From IMG/VR virus record IMGVR_UViG_3300049927_000161, positions 1 through 56,239 of that record: a DNA stretch of 56,239 bases. One strand, 5' to 3'. Of this stretch, positions 48,353 to 55,384 are shown in pieces. Below the pieces are notes generated by a model, which was not told the origin of the DNA, did not search any database, and saw only the letters and a list, made by a program, of their open reading frames with translations. Every line of letters begins with the position of its first letter. The stretch's first letter is position 1. The stretch comes from a virus. Lineage: Duplodnaviria > Caudoviricetes. The position numbers and the translations under genes were made by a program.

Positions 48353-48485
48353 TCACCAATCCAACAAAACACAGGTACACGCCAGTAAAGATCAACGCGG
48401 CTATAGGAATGTAAATACTAATAGTGGCCATTATTATGATAAATCCAAGTAGAAATAATAATTCACAAAATATTTTTACGCTCAT
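48309..48485 (-). CDS. Small two-TM membrane protein
   Basis: MSVKIFCELLFLLGFIIIMA...; SD AGGAG. Confidence 0.5.
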   Translation of the reverse strand: MSVKIFCELLFLLGFIIIMATISIYIPIAALIFTGVYLCFVGLVNGVHYRKKLKNDVK

Positions 48486-48502
48486 ATTATTGCTCCTAAG
48501 TG

Positions 48503-48763
48503 TTAACTTCTCGATCCCGATAGTGAATAATAACTCGGCTCGTTTAAAATAATGCAATGTTTACTGTCAATGTACACGTTAACATTGTGTTGCGGTCTTT
48601 TAAGTAAATGCTTTATTAATTCACATAATAAAACGCAAGAACACACTGAAAAGCAAGTACCAATAATCGCAAAGCAGAGAATTAATTGCGTGTCAACGTG
48701 GTTGTTATTGATTGTTGTATTAGTATTATTGTTGTAAAAAAAGTTGAATGTTTTGTTTAGCAT
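48503..48763 (-). CDS. Single-pass Cys-rich membrane protein resembling 43190-43558
   Basis: Asn-rich N-terminus, Cys-rich TM, C-terminal Tyr motifs. Confidence 0.6.
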   Translation of the reverse strand: MLNKTFNFFYNNNTNTTINNNHVDTQLILCFAIIGTCFSVCSCVLLCELIKHLLKRPQHNVNVYIDSKHCIILNEPSYYSLSGSRS

Positions 48764-48969
48764 AATGATTCTTCCTTAATTTTTCCATTAACAACAAGCT
48801 TCCTCAAGCCCAACTCTTTGCGGATATTTTTTTCAATTGCATAAGCCAAATTTGAATCTATTCCTCCACATTCTCCGCCTGGGAAATATTCGTCTAATTC
48901 TCCACAGCAAGCGTTGACAGCTTTTTGGAGTATTTTATCAAGATCAATTTGTTCTTTAGTTTTCATCAT
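48757..48969 (-). CDS. Hypothetical protein
   Basis: ATGA-coupled. Confidence 0.55.
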   Translation of the reverse strand: MMKTKEQIDLDKILQKAVNACCGELDEYFPGGECGGIDSNLAYAIEKNIRKELGLRKLVVNGKIKEESLC

Positions 48970-49184
48970 GATTCGTCCTCGTTTACTAATTGAATTTCAA
49001 AATTGACAATGGCGTCTTCTAGATCAATTCCATCAATGGAAGTTTCATAGACAAAAGAAGAATTATTCAAATCTGAAAATGTCTCTTTGTAAACTTTATA
49101 TTTTTCCAACTCTTTACCGTTGAACGTAAACTTACCGTCAAACTCAAAGCGGTACTGTGTGCCTAAAATTTCTCTGATTTCCAT
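48966..49184 (-). CDS. Hypothetical protein, paralog of the 47259 N-terminus
   Basis: MEI...G..Y.F...NG....KYKV...AI.NF..QL. Confidence 0.6.
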   Translation of the reverse strand: MEIREILGTQYRFEFDGKFTFNGKELEKYKVYKETFSDLNNSSFVYETSIDGIDLEDAIVNFEIQLVNEDES

Positions 49185-49657
49185 TATTCTTTCTCCTCGT
49201 TTTTGGACTGTTCCTTAGTCGTTTTCCCAGCCAACACAGACTCAATGTGCTCGTCCAGCCGTTTTATATAATTCAGAAAGCTTTTACGCACGTAAGGATC
49301 TAATGCAACATAATGCACGACAATTTCACCATTCTCCTCACGCTCACACATTAAATTGATGGCGTAGCCGTCAAAGTTAACGTAAAGACCGTCTCCAAGA
49401 TAATCAGGCAATTGGCCTGAGTCTAACATTTCTTTTAAATTATTATTTGATTCTGGAAATTCTTTGTCTTCTACAAAATTAAAAAGATCTTCCGTCGCTT
49501 CATTTAGTCCGCATTGTGGACACAGTTTTATTTCACAGTTGCGCCTTGACATTGCACCGCGCTTAAGATCAGTTTCTTTACAACAAATACCACAGCGTCC
49601 GACTTGATTTCTAGTCAATGCTACTTCTTCTGTTATTCTGATTATAATGTCTGACAT
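49184..49657 (-). CDS. Zinc-finger (CxxC..CxxC) plus YLGDG domain protein
   Basis: CGIC, CPQC; C-terminal domain paralogous to 52721-52936. Confidence 0.65.
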   Translation of the reverse strand: MSDIIIRITEEVALTRNQVGRCGICCKETDLKRGAMSRRNCEIKLCPQCGLNEATEDLFNFVEDKEFPESNNNLKEMLDSGQLPDYLGDGLYVNFDGYAINLMCEREENGEIVVHYVALDPYVRKSFLNYIKRLDEHIESVLAGKTTKEQSKNEEKE

Positions 49658-49666
49658 TTTATTTAT

Positions 49667-49687
49667 TCCTTATTTTGTACGCTCGTT
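49667..49687. repeat. 21-bp direct repeat, copy 1 (TCCTTATTTTGTACGCTCGTT)
   Basis: Exact copy at 50405-50425; partial copy at 50084-50097. Confidence 0.85.
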
Positions 49688-49715
49688 AATCCGTCAGCTT
49701 GACGGTTAATTTTTT

Positions 49716-50036
49716 TTATTCAAAAATATCTTTGTCTACTGCTCGTTGAATGGCTTCTATTATTTTTAATTTTTTTATCAATTTTTCTAAAGTTTCAGAC
49801 TCTCCGTATTTCTCCGCAAATTCGTCTTGAATTTCTGTTGCTGTTTCGTCATCTTCGTCAAGATGACTCCAGCAAGCTAAATTTCCATTCGGAATAGAAA
49901 ATTCTTCATCAGTGCCGTACTGAATCATATATCTATCGTTTATAATTACTTCAGCAGAAAAAACATCTCTATTTTCTGTGCCATCGTCATTTTGTGTAGC
50001 GAATAGTCTTATTTCGGTTATTCTTAAATCTTTCAT
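49716..50036 (-). CDS. Acidic hypothetical protein
   Basis: SD AGGAG; very Asp/Glu-rich. Confidence 0.65.
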   Translation of the reverse strand: MKDLRITEIRLFATQNDDGTENRDVFSAEVIINDRYMIQYGTDEEFSIPNGNLACWSHLDEDDETATEIQDEFAEKYGESETLEKLIKKLKIIEAIQRAVDKDIFE

Positions 50037-50095
50037 TTTAGTTTCTCCTATTATTTAAAATCCGTCACTTGACAGTTTATAAGTTTGAACGCTCG

Positions 50096-50395
50096 TTATT
50101 CACTTAAACTACAAGGATCTACTTCTTGACCATCGCGATCAAATATGATCACTCCACTATAATCTTGAAGTTTTTTATATCTACGCAAAGCAGAATCGGC
50201 ATGTTTATGGCGGCTTGTGCGAATATTGTAATAAGCAGGCGCGGCAACAACGTACTGATACGTTTTTCCAAGGCTAATCTCAGTGTCATATTGTTCTGAA
50301 TTTATTTCATAAATATTTCCGGTATTGGACATTTTTTTAGGAAATAATAAATTATGTTTTCTGCTGGTTTTCACTATTTCAATTGTAGTGCTCAT
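50096..50395 (-). CDS. Hypothetical protein
   Basis: SD AAGGAG. Confidence 0.6.
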   Translation of the reverse strand: MSTTIEIVKTSRKHNLLFPKKMSNTGNIYEINSEQYDTEISLGKTYQYVVAAPAYYNIRTSRHKHADSALRRYKKLQDYSGVIIFDRDGQEVDPCSLSE

Positions 50396-50404
50396 GCTAT
50401 TTAC

Positions 50405-50425
50405 TCCTTATTTTGTACGCTCGTT
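50405..50425. repeat. 21-bp direct repeat, copy 2
   Basis: Identical to 49667-49687. Confidence 0.85.
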
Positions 50426-50692
50426 TAACATCTTTTCCACGGCTGCACGCGCAATGGCGTATAGCGGATGGTCTTCGAATAGTCTTACGCGACCAGCTTC
50501 AATGTAGTCTGTTTGTATGTCACTGTCGTTTTCATACGCGTCACCAAACAACTTGTTGAGCTTATGACCGTAGTCTTTGTCGTAGATCGTTACACAGGGC
50601 TTTTTATCGGCGCGGTTGTCGAGGCTATAAAACACACGGGCTTTGATCTCGCCGTTGGTTACGTGATGTTTGTTGAATTTGATAGGGTTCAT
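50408..50692 (-). CDS. Hypothetical phage protein
   Basis: ENDSDIQTDY.E...VR...HPLY motif; first gene after the promoter at 50737-50765. Confidence 0.7.
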   Translation of the reverse strand: MNPIKFNKHHVTNGEIKARVFYSLDNRADKKPCVTIYDKDYGHKLNKLFGDAYENDSDIQTDYIEAGRVRLFEDHPLYAIARAAVEKMLNERTK

Positions 50693-50736
50693 GTTTATAT
50701 CCTTTTATTGAGTAAGAAACTACTTACTATGGAAAC

Positions 50737-50765
50737 ATTGTAGCAATAAACTTATTTGTTTGCAA
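50737..50765 (-). promoter_or_regulatory. Sigma70-like early promoter
   Basis: TTGCAA-17-TACAAT with TGn extended -10. Confidence 0.7.
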
Positions 50766-50770
50766 CAATT

Positions 50771-51010
50771 TTATTTCGTTAAAACCTTAAGATCTCTTTG
50801 CTGAGCAAGCCATATCACGTCCAGCAAGCATTCAATGGGAATAATATGTGTAGTGGTGTTACGCTGCTTTTCCTTTTTTGAATGCTCTTGTTCAGCTTCT
50901 TTTGTGAGGAACTTATGGGTGGCTTCATATAAATCACACGTGTTTTTTATTTTTGTATATGTCCACATAAAGCCTTTTTTCTCATTCATTATTTTAACGG
51001 ATTTATACAT
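50771..51010 (-). CDS. Paralog of the C-terminal domain of 51003-52154
   Basis: WTYT...DLYEATHKFL; SD AAGGAG before ATG 51010. Confidence 0.6.
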   Translation of the reverse strand: MYKSVKIMNEKKGFMWTYTKIKNTCDLYEATHKFLTKEAEQEHSKKEKQRNTTTHIIPIECLLDVIWLAQQRDLKVLTK

Positions 51011-52154
51011 TGTTTGCTCCTTGTTGAACTTCATAGCCGCTTGCGTGCGCATTATCAATAAGTATTCTTAGTTCTTCACTTGTAACGTGTTCACTTGCAA
51101 ACACCCACTTGTCCTCAGAAACTTTTTCTTCAAACTCTGCCTTCTTTTGCTCACACAGCCACTCATGCGTTTCTTCATAAAGATCTTCACTGTATTGCGT
51201 ATATGTCCACGCGTCGCCACAATCTTCTCTGACGATTCTAAAAATTTTCATTGACTTTTTAATGTATTTTTCAACGTATGTCGCCCTGCCCTTAATCTTT
51301 GGCATATATTTAAGGGGAAAATGGTTAATCATTTCATAGCCTTCAACAATACAACCAACTTTAGGCTCAAATCTAGATTTTATCCACACAGTGTGCTGGT
51401 CTTCTAGCCGGACATGATAAATTGAATATCGTTTATTAACTCGGCGTGCTAAAAATTTGGAAGTCCGTGCGCGTTTCTTGAAGGAAATTATGTCTTCTTC
51501 GTTCATGATTGATTCATACTCAATTATTTTTACTTCAAAATCACTATCTTTGACAATATCAATCAACTGCTGAGAAACTTTAAGCCGAAAAACAGCTCCT
51601 TCTCTGACTTCTGTTGACCAGTTTTTCATTGAGCCGCCGCTCGTTACTTTGCCGCTTAACAGAGCAACGTCTTCACACACTTTTGCGCCAGAATCACGGC
51701 CAAAGGCGCGAGCCAGTGGATAACCTGCAAACGTGACCGCGTCCTTGCCCGTGTAAGTATTTTTAGTCGCAATCAGGTCAACTGTTCTGACGTTTGAATT
51801 GTATTTAAAGTCCAATTCTTCAACCGCGTCTTCAACTATTTTGGGGAAAACCCACACTTTTGCATCAGCGTCCCAACGACCGCCAAGGTTTTGACAAGAA
51901 GCAACAAGCCACTCATTGTATCTATGCTTAAGCGTAACAACGCCTTGATCTTTGACTTCAGACTCTAATTCATAGATAACATCAACGCCGTATTTGGATC
52001 TTACTGAAATATCATTAACAAGGAGTTCTTGTTCGCCTAACGACAAATTTTCGCTTTTTGGAGTGACTTTGAGTTTGACTTCATAACCCTGTTCGTTTGT
52101 GCATTTAAAATAAACGCGGTTCTTTTTGATGACGTTTAATTTGAGAGTTTTCAT
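51003..52154 (-). CDS. Multi-domain hypothetical phage protein
   Basis: LGGRWD....WVF, ARAFGRDSGA, SGGSMKNW motifs; first gene after the promoter at 52195-52223. Confidence 0.75.
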   Translation of the reverse strand: MKTLKLNVIKKNRVYFKCTNEQGYEVKLKVTPKSENLSLGEQELLVNDISVRSKYGVDVIYELESEVKDQGVVTLKHRYNEWLVASCQNLGGRWDADAKVWVFPKIVEDAVEELDFKYNSNVRTVDLIATKNTYTGKDAVTFAGYPLARAFGRDSGAKVCEDVALLSGKVTSGGSMKNWSTEVREGAVFRLKVSQQLIDIVKDSDFEVKIIEYESIMNEEDIISFKKRARTSKFLARRVNKRYSIYHVRLEDQHTVWIKSRFEPKVGCIVEGYEMINHFPLKYMPKIKGRATYVEKYIKKSMKIFRIVREDCGDAWTYTQYSEDLYEETHEWLCEQKKAEFEEKVSEDKWVFASEHVTSEELRILIDNAHASGYEVQQGANNV

Positions 52155-52194
52155 ACTTTATATCCTTTTATATATGGCTTACTGCCATGCGAGT

Positions 52195-52223
52195 ATAATA
52201 ACAATAAATAAGTTTGTTTGCAA
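52195..52223 (-). promoter_or_regulatory. Sigma70-like early promoter
   Basis: TTGCAA-17-TATTAT with TGn extension; shares the TTGTTTGCAACAA motif. Confidence 0.65.
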
Positions 52224-52260
52224 CAAGTTTATTTAACTGGTTTGCACATTATTAATAAGG

Positions 52261-52393
52261 TGGTAGTAGGCAAGATTTTACTTGCTAGGAATGCGTTACA
52301 ACGGCTGTCGTGTGGGGCGACCGTATCATTCCGAGTTATAGCTCTCCACTTGAAACATTTCCACCTGCGTTTCTATCAACGCCGCTACTACCA
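52261..52393 (-). ncRNA. tRNA-like RNA 1 (acceptor, D-arm, large insert, T-arm)
   Basis: Acceptor GTAGTAG/CTACTAC, D-arm GCGT-TGATAGAA-ACGC, T-arm GCAAG-TAAAAT-CTTGC. Confidence 0.65.
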
Positions 52394-52538
52394 TAAATTG
52401 CCTTTTGCTTTAACGTGCAAGTTTGTATGATTGCGCATCATGGTGGAAAAATTCGGCTAGCTCCAATTACTCAAGGAGAAAGGCTACCTACACCGCCCAA
52501 CGCTAAAGCCATATAAAAATATTGTTCCTTATCAATGT

Positions 52539-52720
52539 TCTTATTGAGTAACAACAAGTGGAATCAAACCACATTGCGCCTCATAACCTCTACGGTAAAG
52601 CATCACCCTTGTGGGCTACCAACAGCCAGCTTTTCGCTTAGTCGGGTCACGGGATTAGACCTGCAATCCTACCGACACTGCCTGACTTACTCACAGTCAC
52701 GTTGTTGCCACTCAATAAGA
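52539..52720 (-). ncRNA. tRNA-like RNA 2 with multi-hairpin insert
   Basis: Closing stem TCTTATTGAGT/ACTCAATAAGA plus GCAACAA/TTGTTGT; D-like TGACT/AGTCA; T-arm GTGG-TTTGATT-CCAC. Confidence 0.65.
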
Positions 52721-52936
52721 TCACTCAATCGTTGCTTGATCTTTTAAAAATTTCTCACAATATTTCATTAGTTTACTTAAAACTTCATCGGACAGATAGA
52801 TAACTTCTGGATCGGCTTCTTCAAAAGTATCCGTCGACAATACCATGTGAAAAGAATCGCAATCATAATAAATATTTACGTCTTCCCCAAGAAATTCCTT
52901 TTTAGAGTATATTTCTTTAAATTCTTGACGGTTCAT
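52721..52936 (-). CDS. Hypothetical protein, paralog of the 49184 C-terminal domain
   Basis: EFLGEDVNIYYD...IYLSDEVLSKLMKY; SD AGGAG. Confidence 0.65.
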   Translation of the reverse strand: MNRQEFKEIYSKKEFLGEDVNIYYDCDSFHMVLSTDTFEEADPEVIYLSDEVLSKLMKYCEKFLKDQATIE

Positions 52937-52957
52937 TGTTTGCTCCTATTCAATAAT

Positions 52958-53109
52958 CATAGCGCGTTCCGTCCCCGGATCGAACGGGTCTCTCCTGTCG
53001 GTCAGGTGAAGTTAAGTTTTTCAAACGGCGCGTCCGCCAATTTACTCACGCTTAACTGATCCAGTAATTAACTGGCACTGTTTCCACTACACCACCGGAA
53101 CGCGCGATG
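52958..53109 (-). ncRNA. tRNA-like RNA 3 with ~70-nt expanded variable region
   Basis: Acceptor GTTCCG/CGGAAC (extended by GCGC), D region TGGTGTAGTGGAAACA, arm CCAG-TTAATTA-CTGG, T-arm CCCG-TTCGATC-CGGG. Confidence 0.75.
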
Positions 53110-53110
53110 G

Positions 53111-53665
53111 TTACTTAAATAAATGGTATATTTCAGTCCTTATTTTTTTTAGTTCAGATTCTATTGCGCCTAATGATGCCCTTTCGTCCATGGATAAATC
53201 AAGCGGAGTACTCATTCTTGGGCTAGCAGCAATAATCTTATATCCGTGAATATCAAGTTCTTGTATCTTTTTCATTAGCGCAATGTAGCGTTCTGCACGC
53301 TCGCCCAACTCTGGCATGACGTCCTCATTTTTAAGCCAAAAGCTGACGTGGCAAAAACGCCAACTGACACACAGAATCTCGGCTTGCTCGGGCGTTACTT
53401 TACACAGCGTTTTAAAGCGTAGGTCACACGCCTTATTATAATCTTTAAAGGCTTCAACGTCGCCCATCATGTGCAATACGCCACCACCAAACATTTTAAC
53501 GGTACGCGGCACGGTCATTTTTAACTTTTCAGCGTAGGGCTTTATAAAGAATTTATGGAGTTCTTCGCGGCGTGGGTAAGGCGTGCCTGTGCTTGCGTCT
53601 ACCCATACGCCTTCTTGCTTTTGTGGGTCTTCGGCTTTTAAAAACCAGTCTACGAAGTTTTTCAT
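53111..53665 (-). CDS. Hypothetical protein
   Basis: ATGA-coupled; SD AAGGA. Confidence 0.7.
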   Translation of the reverse strand: MKNFVDWFLKAEDPQKQEGVWVDASTGTPYPRREELHKFFIKPYAEKLKMTVPRTVKMFGGGVLHMMGDVEAFKDYNKACDLRFKTLCKVTPEQAEILCVSWRFCHVSFWLKNEDVMPELGERAERYIALMKKIQELDIHGYKIIAASPRMSTPLDLSMDERASLGAIESELKKIRTEIYHLFK

Positions 53666-53898
53666 GCTGGTTCCTTATTTTCCACTGCTAACAACGGCTG
53701 TAAATAGCGTAATGTTCTACGGGCGCGTTCAACGGCCATTTCTTCGTCTAATGCTTCTATATAAAATAATGCCACTTCGGAATCAATAAGTGAGCCTTTA
53801 AATCGTAGACCCACAGCATACGTAGGAGATTTCGCGAATAATTGTAGGCATGTGTTGGTGACAAACCAGGTATTGTCGTTGAATTCGAATTCTTTCAT
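53662..53898 (-). CDS. Small A.DE..A.ER-family protein
   Basis: FYIEALDEEMAVERARR. Confidence 0.6.
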   Translation of the reverse strand: MKEFEFNDNTWFVTNTCLQLFAKSPTYAVGLRFKGSLIDSEVALFYIEALDEEMAVERARRTLRYLQPLLAVENKEPA

Positions 53899-54143
53899 TG
53901 TTTATGGCTAGCCTCTATAATACGTATAATTTTTCTAACGCGCTCTTCGGCTGCATCTTCATCCTTTGCGCCAATCATAAATAATGGAAAATTATTGTCT
54001 GCAAAGAGTTCGGAACGCACTTCTTTAATGATCTCAGGAAGATCTAACATGTAATACACGCTAAAGAGGTGAATGTTACAAAAGGAATTAATCTGTTCAA
54101 GAACAATCGCTATTTTTCGGCTGCCTACTGTGAATGTTTTCAT
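53895..54143 (-). CDS. Small A.DE..A.ER-family protein
   Basis: FMIGAKDEDAAEERVRK. Confidence 0.6.
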   Translation of the reverse strand: MKTFTVGSRKIAIVLEQINSFCNIHLFSVYYMLDLPEIIKEVRSELFADNNFPLFMIGAKDEDAAEERVRKIIRIIEASHKQ

Positions 54144-54403
54144 TGGTTCACCAGTCCTAAAACAGATTTTGCTCTTAATAAATTAGAGATTCTTTCCTGT
54201 GCATCAATAATATCAAGTCCTTGCGCCGTAATGCCTGTAAAGTTGTATTCACCGAATAGAGCAACTTCTCTGGGTGGGGTTTTTATAGACAATTTATAAT
54301 ATTTAATGGATGAATTGTAGAACTTTTCTTCGCACGCTGGATGCAATTTCAATAAGAGTTCTATGCCAAAGCTTTTAAATTTGAGCTCTTTCATTATGTC
54401 CAC
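54140..54403 (-). CDS. Hypothetical protein (related ..DAQER. motif)
   Basis: ITAQGLDIIDAQERISN; coupled to neighbours. Confidence 0.55.
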   Translation of the reverse strand: MDIMKELKFKSFGIELLLKLHPACEEKFYNSSIKYYKLSIKTPPREVALFGEYNFTGITAQGLDIIDAQERISNLLRAKSVLGLVNQ

Positions 54404-54762
54404 TCCTTAACTATGAATTCGGTCGCACCAGTCGGTTCAGTGAAGCCCATTACTATTGTAGAACCAGAGGTTAGCTCATTAAAGTAGAATTCGATGTGGC
54501 TGTGTACAACACAAAGCTGTTTTGAGTTGTGAGGACGATCAGAAAATTTCGTGGGTATTATCCAATACAGAGTGTTAATGCTGGTTTCCAGCTTCTTTCT
54601 ATAGAGCGTTGTTAAGAGTATTTTGTCGGGTGGAAGTTCCGCATACCCTGCTTTACGGAAAATAGAGAATTCTTTTACGCTGGAATTCGCTGGTTTAGTG
54701 GCTAACACTTGCAGAAAAGAACGATCAACGAACTGTATATCAAATACTTTAGAGATTATCAT
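54394..54762 (-). CDS. Hypothetical protein, first gene of the rightmost early operon
   Basis: SD AAAAGGA; AT-rich promoter-like region upstream. Confidence 0.6.
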   Translation of the reverse strand: MIISKVFDIQFVDRSFLQVLATKPANSSVKEFSIFRKAGYAELPPDKILLTTLYRKKLETSINTLYWIIPTKFSDRPHNSKQLCVVHSHIEFYFNELTSGSTIVMGFTEPTGATEFIVKEWT

Positions 54763-55208
54763 CGGTTATATCCTTTTATCTAGACGGCAATTATAAAAAT
54801 TTGTTTGTTGGTTTGCTACAAGTATCTACATAACTCCACTATTTTTGTCTATTTCTCATTTTAGATTGGGAATGTTCAGCTATTGTTACTAAAATTATGA
54901 CGATTGTTTTTAAACATTGGCGCAAATAAATTGCATAGACAAACCAAAAGCAGAGATTTTGCTCGTGATCAGACCGGATAATAAGAATTAGTATCAATAA
55001 ATAGGCTAGGTTAACAGTGAGTCGAGATGAGGCAAGCATGGCGTTTTATCCTTTTTTAGTGAGCGACTGGTGGATATAAAACCAATCGCTCGTCCCACTG
55101 GCAATTATTTATCCTAAACATTGCCAACTAAGGACTGTATGGTAACTTACATAATGAGAGTTGTATAGTGTTAATTATTGAACAGTGTTCAATTAGTTGT
55201 CTTGTTGA

Positions 55209-55272
55209 TTAGTGTTATTTTTGCACTAGAGCAATTATTGATCTTGTGTTTTAGTGTTATTTTTGCACTAGA
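55209..55272. repeat. Two exact 22-bp repeats TTAGTGTTATTTTTGCACTAGA
   Basis: Copies at 55209-55230 and 55251-55272 (42-bp period); each is a TAGTG...CACTA quasi-palindrome. Confidence 0.85.
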
Positions 55273-55384
55273 CAAATTAATGTACTGAGTATAATAAATA
55301 CTGTACATTATTAATGCAAGAGTAGTGTAAAATTAATGCAAGAGTTAGTGTTAACTTTGAACATTTGTTTACAATTTAGGCAAT

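Noticed and set aside
52218-53059. Plus-strand ORFs 52218-52430, 52535-52747 and 52847-53059
   Set aside because: Antisense to the early operon, no SD, and overlapping structured RNA elements.
52261-53109. Canonical tRNA genes, tmRNA or intron-containing tRNAs
   Set aside because: Lengths of 130-180 nt, no encoded CCA, non-canonical loops, too short for tmRNA or a group I intron; reported as tRNA-like ncRNAs instead.
54839-55039. 66-aa ORF upstream of the early operon
   Set aside because: An SD-like sequence is present, but the ORF has no recognisable features and lies in the regulatory end region; too weak to call.
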